Shown: piece after piece, positions 31,068-40,755 of the stretch | Numbering within the stretch: position 1 is the first letter of the stretch | How the letters are laid out: each line of letters starts with the position of its first letter | Virus record (IMG/VR): IMGVR_UViG_3300024520_000057 | Location: 1 to 64,000 of that record | Source: a virus | Reading direction: 5' to 3' (one strand) | DNA: 64,000 bases | Made by a program: the position numbers and the translations under genes | The notes under the pieces: generated by a model | What the model saw: only the letters and a program-made list of their open reading frames with translations | Told to the model about the DNA's origin: nothing | Databases searched by the model: none

Positions 31068-31077
31068 TATTGTATGT

Positions 31078-31275
31078 TTGAATATAAAGGAGATTGTGAT
31101 GCCAGAGAATAAAAAGACAGAATGGCAAAAAAAATACGATGATACAGTAGAAGAGTTGGAAAAGAAATTTAATGTAAAGCCAGATATCATACTGGATACA
31201 TCAGTGGTTGATGATGACTGGAGAATTGAATACAGAAAACAGCTTGCTTTTGATAAAGAAAACCAACCTGCTTAA
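31078..31275 (+). CDS. small hypothetical protein (possible MuF-toxin immunity)
   Basis: Directly downstream of the MuF-ART gene; AAGGAG precedes internal start codons near 31096-31099. Confidence 0.45.
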   Translation: MNIKEIVMPENKKTEWQKKYDDTVEELEKKFNVKPDIILDTSVVDDDWRIEYRKQLAFDKENQPA

Positions 31276-31384
31276 AAAATAGCCCACCTGTATTTCCTAT
31301 CTTATTTAGATGGTTTCAATAAAATAGTTTAGTTTTTAAAATATTACAAACTTAAATTCCACCCAGAATTATATAAAAAATGGA

Positions 31385-32905
31385 GTGGAATTTTTGCCAT
31401 ATTCTTTGCCAAACAATATACCAGATTCCATAAAAGGACTTCCAGCTGGTGCAAAAAAGATTTGGGTGGCTGTATTTAATTCTGTTTTGAGTGGAGGTGG
31501 AAGTGAGGATAATGCAAGGAAAGCTGCTTGGTCAAAAGTAAAGGATAAATACAAGAAGCAAGGGGACAAATGGGTGAAAAAGAAATACACCAATATAAAG
31601 AAATTGCCTGTTAAAGTTCAAACACTCCCAGAAACCACACAAAATGTCTGGATGGCATTATATAACCAAAATAGAACAAATGGATTAACAAATAAACAAG
31701 CTTCTGAAAAAGCTTGGAATTCAGTCAAAGAAAAATTTGAGTGGAATTCTGATAAAGAAACCTGGAATGTAAAAAAATCAATGGAGAATTTTATCATGAA
31801 AGAGTTTTTGAATAAAACAAAAGATAAAGGATTATTCAAGGTATTTATTCCATTTGACCAAGAAAATGGTATGGCAAAAATTCTTGAGAAAGAAGTGGAT
31901 GGGAAGGTAAAGAAATTTTTACATGGAATTGCAAGCAATACAACAGTGGACAGGGAAGATGAAAGAATTTCAAAACAGTTCATCAAAAAAATGCAACAAA
32001 CAGCTTTGGGACTTACTGTTTTCTCTGAGCATGAACATAAGATTGAGAAAACAATTGGATACATTGATGATACAGGAGGAGATGAGGATAATTTTGAAAT
32101 ATTGACTGCACTGGAACCAGAGTTTGAACCTGAAAATAATCCTACAGGCAATGAAGTGGTAACGAATATTTTGAACAAATTAGACCATGGCATTAAGCTT
32201 GGATATTCAGTAGGTGGGAAAGTTACCAAAGCACACAAGGTATTTGATGAGAAGGCACAAAGAGATGTAAGGGAATTGGTGGATGGTGATGTTTATGAGG
32301 TTTCAGTTACAGCAATGCCATCTGCATATGGAACTTGGGTTACACCTATTATAAAAAGTATGAATGAGTTTATTGATGAGGATGTGGAAGTAGATGAAAT
32401 AGAGGAAGAAGTGGAAGAGGAAGCAAGTGAAAAACCAACACTTGAAAAGGATTTTGTATTAAGCTGGGCAATAACAAATGGCAAGGACACAGAGGCTGTG
32501 AAGAAAGCAATTGAACAAAAAAGAAATGAGTTGGGACTTACAGTTCCACAAATGGAGTTGATTACCACTAAACATTTGAGTGGTGAGTTGACAGAGGAAA
32601 ATTTTGAAAAATTATTGACTGCCTTTCAAACAATAAATACACTTGATGATGAAGGTGTTGATACCAAAAAATTATCTAAAGCATTGGATGAGATAATTCA
32701 GCAGGATAACATCAGTGGTCAGTTGTATGATTTGTTTTGGGCATTTAGACAAGCAGTGCATAAGATTGTCTATAATGATAATTTAGAGCCAACAGAGAAG
32801 AAGACCAAAATCAACAGCCTGTCATCTGAATTTGGTGATAAGGTTGAATCCCTTTCTACACAGTTGGCTGAATTAGCAGCAACACTTGATGAACAATTAG
32901 CTTAA
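31385..32905 (+). CDS. prohead protease (HK97/S78-like) with two N-terminal ChaB-like domains
   Basis: LPAGAKKIWVAVFN...AWSKVKDKY and LPETTQNVWMALYN...AWNSVKEKF; GIASNTTVDREDE, EHEH, GYSVGG, YEVSVTAMPS. Confidence 0.85.
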   Translation: MEFLPYSLPNNIPDSIKGLPAGAKKIWVAVFNSVLSGGGSEDNARKAAWSKVKDKYKKQGDKWVKKKYTNIKKLPVKVQTLPETTQNVWMALYNQNRTNGLTNKQASEKAWNSVKEKFEWNSDKETWNVKKSMENFIMKEFLNKTKDKGLFKVFIPFDQENGMAKILEKEVDGKVKKFLHGIASNTTVDREDERISKQFIKKMQQTALGLTVFSEHEHKIEKTIGYIDDTGGDEDNFEILTALEPEFEPENNPTGNEVVTNILNKLDHGIKLGYSVGGKVTKAHKVFDEKAQRDVRELVDGDVYEVSVTAMPSAYGTWVTPIIKSMNEFIDEDVEVDEIEEEVEEEASEKPTLEKDFVLSWAITNGKDTEAVKKAIEQKRNELGLTVPQMELITTKHLSGELTEENFEKLLTAFQTINTLDDEGVDTKKLSKALDEIIQQDNISGQLYDLFWAFRQAVHKIVYNDNLEPTEKKTKINSLSSEFGDKVESLSTQLAELAATLDEQLA

Positions 32906-32929
32906 ATTTAATTAAATGAGGTATTAATC

Positions 32930-33424
32930 ATGGATTTGAAAGAAAGTATCCAACAAATGATTGCAAGCAAGTTGGAAGCAGTTGCCGATGAGGTAACAAA
33001 GAGTTTGGGGAAAAAAGAAGTAGAGCTGGATCCTTCTGAGAAGAAGGATGAAGCTCAATTTGATCCAAAGGATTTTGTTACAAAATTCACAGAATCACTT
33101 GCACCTGTGATTGGAGAGGTAGTTGCGAAAGCTATTGATGACAAATTGAAGGATAGCAAAACAGACGAGGAGAAGGAAACAGATAGTATGGTTGAATTCA
33201 ATGGAGCAGTAAGGAAGCTGATGAGCGACCATGGTATTGGTGAAGGTGTGTCTGTTTTAGTCAAGGAAGAGAAATCAGGAATGATACTGGGTGAAGATGG
33301 CAAGTTTGTCAAGGAAAAGGAGGAGGAGAAAGAAAAGGATATTGATGAAGAGCTGGAAGCATTGGATAATGAGGGCAAAGAGGAAGCTTTGGGTGCCTGG
33401 TTCGGAGCCAAAATCAACAGTTAA
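32930..33424 (+). CDS. putative capsid scaffold protein
   Basis: Acidic, helical; between protease and capsid genes; GAGG RBS. Confidence 0.6.
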   Translation: MDLKESIQQMIASKLEAVADEVTKSLGKKEVELDPSEKKDEAQFDPKDFVTKFTESLAPVIGEVVAKAIDDKLKDSKTDEEKETDSMVEFNGAVRKLMSDHGIGEGVSVLVKEEKSGMILGEDGKFVKEKEEEKEKDIDEELEALDNEGKEEALGAWFGAKINS

Positions 33425-33471
33425 TGTTTTTTAATTAATTGATGACAACTCAAAAATAAAGGAAAACAAAA

Positions 33472-34473
33472 ATGGAAAACAAAGGATTAAATGATGCTTT
33501 GAGGAAGGCTCTGATGAACACAACGGCAGGAACAGGTGGAGATTTTTTGCCACTGCCTCTTGCCAGACAGTTCATTCAGTATGTATGGGATCAAAACTTT
33601 CTCCGACAAGCATTCCGTGTTGTCCCGATGAGGACAAAAACTCTTGATTATCCCAAAATCTTGAGCAAACCAAAAGTGTATTATGAATCAACTGAAGGAA
33701 CAGCAGCAATCAAAACCACATTCACAACTGCAACCTTGCGACTTACTGCAAAGAAATTCTTGAGTGAAATTGACTTATCCATGGAAGTGATAGAGGATGC
33801 TCAGAATGATATGCAAGCAATAGCAAGGGAAATTTTTGCAGGGGCATTGGCAGAAGCAGAAGAACAGGCTATGATAATTGGTGATCCTGCACATAGTCCT
33901 ACCACAGCTACAGAAGCAAGTGAAACTGCCAGCACATGGTTTACCAAGGATCACAGAATGATATGGTATGGATTGCTCACATTGGCAGCAGATATTGCAG
34001 GTGTTCTTGGGGACGATACAAGGGCAGCCAATAGAGTAGATGGTGGTGGTGGAGCAATGTCCACAGCAATAATTCGTCAAGCAATGTATAATCTTGGAAA
34101 GTATGGCAGAGTGATGCAGAACTTATTGCTCATTCTGAATCCATGGAGTTCAAACCAGTTACTGGATGATGCCAAGTTGGTTACACTTGATAAATATGGT
34201 CCACAAGCAACAATATTTACAGGTGAATTCGGCAAGTTGTATGGCAAAGTTGCAGTGATAAATTCTGCTCAAACAACAGATGGATATGGTGTAATTACAC
34301 ATATTGGAAATCCCATCATTGGGGATAGAAGGAGAGTGAAAATCAAGACAGATGAGGAGATCAAGGAAGATGTCAAGGTATTTGTCTTGAGTGAGAGAGC
34401 AGATTTTCAGGTTATGCACAAAGCAGCATTATGTCAGGTCTGGAATTTAGAATCACCATCAACAATTAGTTAA
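33472..34473 (+). CDS. major capsid protein (HK97 fold)
   Basis: GTGGDFLPLPLARQFI, LTAKK, SMEVIED, AEAEEQAMIIGD, ERADF; followed by terminator. Confidence 0.92.
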   Translation: MENKGLNDALRKALMNTTAGTGGDFLPLPLARQFIQYVWDQNFLRQAFRVVPMRTKTLDYPKILSKPKVYYESTEGTAAIKTTFTTATLRLTAKKFLSEIDLSMEVIEDAQNDMQAIAREIFAGALAEAEEQAMIIGDPAHSPTTATEASETASTWFTKDHRMIWYGLLTLAADIAGVLGDDTRAANRVDGGGGAMSTAIIRQAMYNLGKYGRVMQNLLLILNPWSSNQLLDDAKLVTLDKYGPQATIFTGEFGKLYGKVAVINSAQTTDGYGVITHIGNPIIGDRRRVKIKTDEEIKEDVKVFVLSERADFQVMHKAALCQVWNLESPSTIS

Positions 34474-34493
34474 TGAAATTTTCCCAATGACCC

Positions 34494-34531
34494 AAATGCA
34501 CCAGTGGAAAGCAATCTGCTGGTGCATTTTT
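34494..34531 (+). terminator. intrinsic terminator after the capsid gene
   Basis: AAATGCACCAG...CTGGTGCATTT 11-bp stem ending in a T run. Confidence 0.75.
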
Positions 34532-34547
34532 AAAAAAAGGAATTTTT

Positions 34548-34994
34548 ATGATATGGTGGCAATACTTATTGATTGTGTTAGGTGGTGTATGGATGACAGC
34601 TACAACAACATTGCTTGTTAAAATTATTTTTGATTGGCTGAAGAATAAAAAGAATGGTGGCAATGGAGATGTTATTGGTCAAGGTGGCAGGAGACCAGTT
34701 GTTTGTGCAATGGATGTTAGTGGTATAACTAAAACAGTAGGTGAAATTAATCAATCTGTCAATGATAATAAAGTCACTATGGAAAGATTAGAAGGCAGAA
34801 TAAATATTGGAGTGGATGCAGCACAACAAGATATAACATTGTATGCTAAACTTCAGGAAACAGGCAATAGCAATTTGGTAGTTCAAAAAGATATACTAAA
34901 GGAAATAAAATTGTTGAATGTTAGCTTGAAGGAAGACAAGACAAGTGCAATGTTAGGTGTTTTAGAAGACATAAGTGAAAGTCTGAAAAAATGA
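34548..34994 (+). CDS. single-TM coiled-coil protein
   Basis: N-terminal TM WWQYLLIVLGGVW..., helical remainder. Confidence 0.6.
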   Translation: MIWWQYLLIVLGGVWMTATTTLLVKIIFDWLKNKKNGGNGDVIGQGGRRPVVCAMDVSGITKTVGEINQSVNDNKVTMERLEGRINIGVDAAQQDITLYAKLQETGNSNLVVQKDILKEIKLLNVSLKEDKTSAMLGVLEDISESLKK

Positions 34995-35057
34995 GAAAAT
35001 TTGGATTACCAGAGTCATTTAAAAAATTAATTTTTAGAAATTCAAAATTGGTGAAAG

Positions 35058-37169
35058 ATGATGGACAGAGACACAGGCAAAAATCTTCTGACCCAAGAAA
35101 AAAAGTCAGTGGAAAAAAAGGAACAAGTAATATCAGTCAGGGACAATGATGGTTATTTAGATTTAAGAATACAGAAGAAATTTTTACTTGAAAATTCAAC
35201 ATTTGATATACAGAAACTTATTCTTGCTGCATTGTCACCAATTTTTTTAAATAAGAATAAGCAAGCACCAGCACCTGCCAAAAGAAAACAATCCACTATA
35301 TTCCCACATGTAGCATTTTTCATAGAATTCATGCCACACTACACAGGTGGAAGATATTCAATGTTCTTGCAGGCATTGATTTTATCCCATTATACTCGTG
35401 TAACAGTTGTATCCACACACAAGCCTCCTTTCTATGATGACTTCAAGGATTATTACAATGATAATTTCAGCATGGCTTATTCCAATGATTGGCTGATGCA
35501 CCAGAGGGAAAATCCTTATGATTTGATTTTTGGAATACCAAATATTTGTGGACAATTTGCACATGCTTATGCAAAGAAATGGAAGCTCAAATTATACTTG
35601 ATGATGTTTGAAACTCCGAACTGGATTAGGCAATTCAGGGAAGGGATTGATTCAACAGAGGATTTTTGGTCAAGCTATAAAAAAAGTTTGTTGGAAGCTG
35701 ATAAAATTATTACACCATCTGTGGAGAGCAAGAAATGGCTGCAGGATTGGGATCCTGAATTTAGAAATAAAACAGTTGAGGTGCTGTATCCAAATTTTAA
35801 TCAGCTGACTGCTGACAAAGTGATGAAGGAAGCTGGCATAAGGCATTATGATAGAAAGTCTGTTGTATTTTTGTCCAGGATGGCAGATTTTAAGAAGCCA
35901 ATTACATTGTTTGAAAAGATTCCAGATGATGTAGATATTCATATCATAGGGAAAATTTGGTCAGAAACAAGGACTGTTATTGATAAGGTGAAAAAGGATA
36001 ACTGGATTATTCATGAACAAATAAGTGATGAGGAGAAATTTAGGATAATCAGGAATTCAGATTTGCTAATATTCCCTACAAAGTTTGAAGGTGCAGGGAT
36101 GCCACCAATGGAAGCATTTTATTTTGGTATTCCTGTTATCACATATGATTTGCCTGTGTTGAGGGAATTGTATGGTAATTTACCTGTCTACATTCCGATT
36201 GGTGATGAAGGTGCATTCCTCCAAGCAATCATGGAAGCACTGGGAAAAGATGGTTCCCACCAAGATTTTGCCCGTTCTAAACAGTATGCTAACAAGAGCT
36301 ATGCAAGTGTGAGGAAAACTGCTGAAAGAATGTTGGAGCTATTTGAAATTCCAAAGGTGACAGCAGGTGTAATTGTTGGGGATGGATATGATTATTTAGA
36401 GTATGCTGTAAACAGCTTATTTCCATATTTATGGGAAGTGGTAATTGCTCATGGATTTGTTGATGGATACAAGAATACCAATGATGCTGAATTTGATGAA
36501 GTTGAATCTGCCCTTACAAGATTACTATTCAAGGATACAATAGGAAAAATTCGATATGGCAAAGGAAAGGCATGGAAAGATAAAATTGAAATGCAGAATA
36601 AGATAGCAGAAAATGTGACAGGTGAATTTTATCTCAAGTTGGATAGTGATGAGGTGTGGAAGCCAGAAACATTTCAATTAGCTATTCAGGAATTTGTGGA
36701 TGATCCAGATCTTACAATTCTCAAAATGCCTTTCTTTCATTTTTGGTTAAGTTTTAAAAACATAGCAGTTGATGCAGGAGGGAAATGGGGAACCAAACAT
36801 CCGAGAATTTGGAGATGGGATAAATCATTTAGACATGAAACCAGTTTTAATCATTTTGTTAATACACAGAATGCAATTCACATACCAGTTATTAGTCCAG
36901 ATTTCAAGGAAAAGGAATTTGGTGGTGATAGGATTTATCATTTTGGATGGTGTAGAAAATTAGGAAAAATGTTGATTAAAATAAGGTATTATAAACTTAG
37001 AGGAATTGAAAAATTTGTTACCGATACAGTGAGTGAGTGGAAGGAACTGAGTGATGCAACTATGGTAACACAAGATGTTAGGTCTTGGGCAGAACCATTT
37101 GATGGAATACTGCCTAAAATTTTAGAAGACCATCCATATAAAAACATCAAGGATGTGAGGAATTTATGA
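35058..37169 (+). CDS. two-domain glycosyltransferase (GT4/GT-B fused to GT2/GT-A)
   Basis: FPTKFEGAGMPPMEAFYFGIPVITYDLP (GT4 EX7E); YLKLDSDEVW and IYHFGW (GT2). Confidence 0.88.
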   Translation: MMDRDTGKNLLTQEKKSVEKKEQVISVRDNDGYLDLRIQKKFLLENSTFDIQKLILAALSPIFLNKNKQAPAPAKRKQSTIFPHVAFFIEFMPHYTGGRYSMFLQALILSHYTRVTVVSTHKPPFYDDFKDYYNDNFSMAYSNDWLMHQRENPYDLIFGIPNICGQFAHAYAKKWKLKLYLMMFETPNWIRQFREGIDSTEDFWSSYKKSLLEADKIITPSVESKKWLQDWDPEFRNKTVEVLYPNFNQLTADKVMKEAGIRHYDRKSVVFLSRMADFKKPITLFEKIPDDVDIHIIGKIWSETRTVIDKVKKDNWIIHEQISDEEKFRIIRNSDLLIFPTKFEGAGMPPMEAFYFGIPVITYDLPVLRELYGNLPVYIPIGDEGAFLQAIMEALGKDGSHQDFARSKQYANKSYASVRKTAERMLELFEIPKVTAGVIVGDGYDYLEYAVNSLFPYLWEVVIAHGFVDGYKNTNDAEFDEVESALTRLLFKDTIGKIRYGKGKAWKDKIEMQNKIAENVTGEFYLKLDSDEVWKPETFQLAIQEFVDDPDLTILKMPFFHFWLSFKNIAVDAGGKWGTKHPRIWRWDKSFRHETSFNHFVNTQNAIHIPVISPDFKEKEFGGDRIYHFGWCRKLGKMLIKIRYYKLRGIEKFVTDTVSEWKELSDATMVTQDVRSWAEPFDGILPKILEDHPYKNIKDVRNL

Positions 37170-37259
37170 TTTGTGAGTGTGGGTGTGGTGGAATTGTTTG
37201 GTGATTTGGGAAGGGGAATTAAATGTGGAATCAAAATTAGCAAACTTTATAAGGAGAAA

Positions 37260-37580
37260 ATGATGGACGATTATTTGTGTAATGATCGAAATGTTTCTAA
37301 ACATATCACGAATAAGAAGGAATCAACACCCAGAGATAATTCTGGAAAAGTTGTTCCATTAATAACAGGAGCAATGACTTCAGATACAATGGGGGGATTT
37401 ATTTCAGTTGAATCACAGTCTGTAGCTGAATTATTCCCTGAGCACCCATACATAGTCAAGGCTTTGCTTGATGCAGGATATGTGGATGGGGCATCTATAC
37501 CAAGGAAAATGGAAGACCTTGTAGAAATAAAAGGAATTGGCAAAAAATCTGCTACTAAAATAATGGAGGTAATTGGATAA
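37260..37580 (+). CDS. small protein with C-terminal helix-hairpin-helix motif
   Basis: LVEIKGIGKKSATKI; AAGGAG RBS before ATG 37260. Confidence 0.65.
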   Translation: MMDDYLCNDRNVSKHITNKKESTPRDNSGKVVPLITGAMTSDTMGGFISVESQSVAELFPEHPYIVKALLDAGYVDGASIPRKMEDLVEIKGIGKKSATKIMEVIG

Positions 37581-38260
37581 TGTATAATTTCAAGGTGTTT
37601 AAGAAGAATGAGAAGATGCCAACAGTTCCGTTGGTGGTATTTGGAAACAATGATGATGTTTATGAGGAGACAAGGGAAAAGGCATATGAATCAAAATTGC
37701 ATTGTCCTGTTGAGGTGGTTGAGGATTTTAATGATGATTTGAGAAATCTTTATGCCAAGGGTTTGTCATTAGCATTGAAAAATGGTGCCCCATTTTTCTT
37801 AATTGTTAACCATTCTATTATTCCTAAAAAAGATTGGGTTGAGGAAGCAAAGAAATTGTTAGGGAATAATGCTGTTGTTGTAGATGGTTCAAACTTCAGA
37901 TTTTTAATTGCCAGAACAAGAAGAGTCAGGAAGTTTGGTGCATACAGAACATATGGATTCCCACATGACTTGTATAATTTTCTTGTTGAGAAAGTCAAAT
38001 CTGAAGGATTTGAATTCAATATATTAAGTCAGGGTGAAAAGGAAGAGCTTTATTCATTCATTGATGCTGATGATATTTTACAGGACAAGCCATCTGAAGC
38101 AATTGAGGAAGATTTATCAGAGGACAAGGATGCAGAGTTGCAAGAGATAGCTGATGAAAATGCTGTCAAGGATGAATTTCCAGAAGATGCACAAGAAGTG
38201 GAACCAATTGATGAATTAGAGGATTTGGAGGAAGATGAATCAGAAGGAAAAGATGGATAG
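37580..38260 (+). CDS. degenerate GT-A-like domain with acidic tail
   Basis: FFLIVNHSIIPKKDWVE resembles the DXD strand but lacks DXD; E/D-rich C-terminus. Confidence 0.4.
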   Translation: MYNFKVFKKNEKMPTVPLVVFGNNDDVYEETREKAYESKLHCPVEVVEDFNDDLRNLYAKGLSLALKNGAPFFLIVNHSIIPKKDWVEEAKKLLGNNAVVVDGSNFRFLIARTRRVRKFGAYRTYGFPHDLYNFLVEKVKSEGFEFNILSQGEKEELYSFIDADDILQDKPSEAIEEDLSEDKDAELQEIADENAVKDEFPEDAQEVEPIDELEDLEEDESEGKDG

Positions 38261-39260
38261 AACTGATGGCAGCAGAAATATTTTAAACACATACAACATT
38301 GTCAAGAAATCCAGATTTAATTTAAACAGCAGGGAAAATGGTGTTATCAATCTTAATGTTGTAACATGGGCAGATGCTGATGCAAATACATATATGTGTT
38401 GGGGAGATTATTGGGTTAAGGAAAATCTGGTCAAGGCATTTACATCCCTTGGAATAAATGTTGAGGTCTCCAGAGAAGATGCTGATGTTAGTTTGTATCT
38501 TTGGGGAGCACCATTTCCAGAAGTTGATAGAAGATTTGGATACAACAGCAAAACTTACAATGTAATTTGGTTTTACAGCCATCCAGATAGAATGACCAAA
38601 ACAGAGATGGCAAGATATGATTTGGTTTTTTGTTTGTCTCCGAAAATGTTAGATATCCTTAAATTTGGGGAATGGCATCCTAATATTTGTGGATATCATG
38701 TTCCATCCTGCACTGATTTCAGTAAACCATTAATCAAACCAAGAAAAGATATTGATGTCCTTTTTGTAGGAAATGCAAGAGGTGGCACTGAATGGGGAAG
38801 GGAAGCGATCTATTGGTTGGATAGAAATTCTAAATTAATTATACAGATTTATGGACACAAGTGGAACAATGGAAACTATGAGTATGCAAAACGATGGTAT
38901 GCAGGAAGGTATTGGGAATATGAGAAATTGAATGAGCTTTATTGTAAGGCAAAGATAACATTAGTGGATGGGCATGATGACATGAATAGGCTTGGATTTG
39001 TTCCAATGAAGCTTTATGATATTTTAGCCAGTGGTGGATTTGCTCTTGCCCAGTATAATTGTGGAATAAAAGATGTATTTGGTGATTCAATTCCTATGTA
39101 TAAAAATAAGGGTGAAATGAATGATAAGATTGATTATTATCTGAAAAATCAAAAGGAAAGGGATAAGCTTTCTAAAAAAGGATTTGACATTGCCATCGAA
39201 GGCAGGTTTTTGGATCGTGCAAAATTAATGTTAAAGAAAATTAGGGAGCAATCTGAATGA
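38235..39260 (+). CDS. CgeB-like glycosyltransferase
   Basis: DVLFVGNARG, LNELYCKAKITL, MKLYDILASGGFAL. Confidence 0.85.
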   Translation: MNQKEKMDRTDGSRNILNTYNIVKKSRFNLNSRENGVINLNVVTWADADANTYMCWGDYWVKENLVKAFTSLGINVEVSREDADVSLYLWGAPFPEVDRRFGYNSKTYNVIWFYSHPDRMTKTEMARYDLVFCLSPKMLDILKFGEWHPNICGYHVPSCTDFSKPLIKPRKDIDVLFVGNARGGTEWGREAIYWLDRNSKLIIQIYGHKWNNGNYEYAKRWYAGRYWEYEKLNELYCKAKITLVDGHDDMNRLGFVPMKLYDILASGGFALAQYNCGIKDVFGDSIPMYKNKGEMNDKIDYYLKNQKERDKLSKKGFDIAIEGRFLDRAKLMLKKIREQSE

Positions 39261-39781
39261 AGCTGAATATTGGATCAGGAGGTTTGAAAATTCCAGGATA
39301 CACTTCTGTTGATAAATATCATCCTGGTGCAGATGTTAAAAGGGATGCTGCTGATACAGGTTTTGGTTTTGAAACAATAGATTATATTTTTACATCTCAT
39401 ATGATTGAACATTTAGAGCCAGATCATTTTGACAAGACTCTTGAACATTGGCATCAAATTTTGAAACCAACAGGACATTTAGAAATTTTATGTCCAAATG
39501 CAAGAATTTATATTGAGGAATGGCTGGAAAGGCACAACAGCCAAGATTGGGATCATCTTTTGGTTTGGGGAAATAGAAATTTATTGGGATGGAGTGGAAA
39601 AGGACAGGGCATGTATAACAGGAATTTATTTACAACAGAAATATTGAGGGAAAAATTAACAAGGAAATTTTTTATTGTTGCAGAGTGCAAGGAAGTGGTC
39701 ACCAGAGTGAAGGATAGGAATCACATTGAATTTAGAGTTAATGGTGATATAAGGTGTTTGGCAAGGAAACATGTATTATGA
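39257..39781 (+). CDS. class I SAM methyltransferase
   Basis: KLNIGSG, SHMIEHL, ILKPTGHLEILCPN. Confidence 0.85.
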   Translation: MKLNIGSGGLKIPGYTSVDKYHPGADVKRDAADTGFGFETIDYIFTSHMIEHLEPDHFDKTLEHWHQILKPTGHLEILCPNARIYIEEWLERHNSQDWDHLLVWGNRNLLGWSGKGQGMYNRNLFTTEILREKLTRKFFIVAECKEVVTRVKDRNHIEFRVNGDIRCLARKHVL

Positions 39782-40755
39782 AAATTCTTTATATTGGAAC
39801 ATATGCTAAACACTGTTCAGATAAATACAGATTGAAAGGATTCAAAGAAGCAGGAAATGAGGTTGTAACATTTGATTATAGATTGGTGAATAATAATGAA
39901 GGAACAGAGGCTTTGAAAACCTATATTATTCATTACTTGTATTCATTCAATCCAGACATTGTATTTGTAAACAAAGGTGAGGTAATAAGACAGGAAATTA
40001 TTGAGGAATGTAAAAACTTTTTTCCAAGTGTATGGGTGCTTTTTTATGGTGATGTTAGGGATGATATTGCTCCACATTTGAGGAGAGTGGCAAGGTGTTA
40101 TGATGCTATTTTGGTCAATAGTAATGATAGAAAATATAATAAAAAATTCAGAGATATTGGTGCAAAGAAGGTGATGTATCATCACACTGCTACAGATTTG
40201 GATGAATTTTATAAAATGGATGTTCCAGAGGTTTATGACATAGGATTTTTTGGTGGAAATTATAAGAATATTTTTCCTGATTCTGGGTTAAGACGAGACA
40301 TAGTGAATAAACTGAATAAGAGTTTCAAGATGTTGGTGTTGGGGCATAATTGGGAAATGGGACAGAGACCAGTGTTTGGAGAGGAATTGGTTAGGGCTAT
40401 GTCAAGTTGTAAAATAATTCTTGGAATAAATGCATTCAATGATATTAATCTTTACACCAGCAACAGAACTTGGAATAGTATGGCATGTGGGACATATTTT
40501 ACATATTATTTCAAGGGCATAGATCAGATGTTTAGTAATGGAAATGAATTGGTGTGGTTTAATGAATATGATGGATTGGAGTATTGGATTAGAAGTTATT
40601 TGGATAATCCGAACAATAGAAGAAGAGTGTATGAGAATGGGAGACTTTTGATTGGACAGAAACACACATATAAACATAGATCACATGAGCTGGAAAAAAT
40701 TTACAAGGAGTTGAAGAATGATACAATTGTTCAAGCCACAAATGTTAGTGCATGA
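39778..40755 (+). CDS. CgeB-like glycosyltransferase
   Basis: YDIGFFGG, SSCKIILGIN, SNRTWNSMACG, KHTYKHR; ATGA overlap at 39778. Confidence 0.85.
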   Translation: MKILYIGTYAKHCSDKYRLKGFKEAGNEVVTFDYRLVNNNEGTEALKTYIIHYLYSFNPDIVFVNKGEVIRQEIIEECKNFFPSVWVLFYGDVRDDIAPHLRRVARCYDAILVNSNDRKYNKKFRDIGAKKVMYHHTATDLDEFYKMDVPEVYDIGFFGGNYKNIFPDSGLRRDIVNKLNKSFKMLVLGHNWEMGQRPVFGEELVRAMSSCKIILGINAFNDINLYTSNRTWNSMACGTYFTYYFKGIDQMFSNGNELVWFNEYDGLEYWIRSYLDNPNNRRRVYENGRLLIGQKHTYKHRSHELEKIYKELKNDTIVQATNVSA

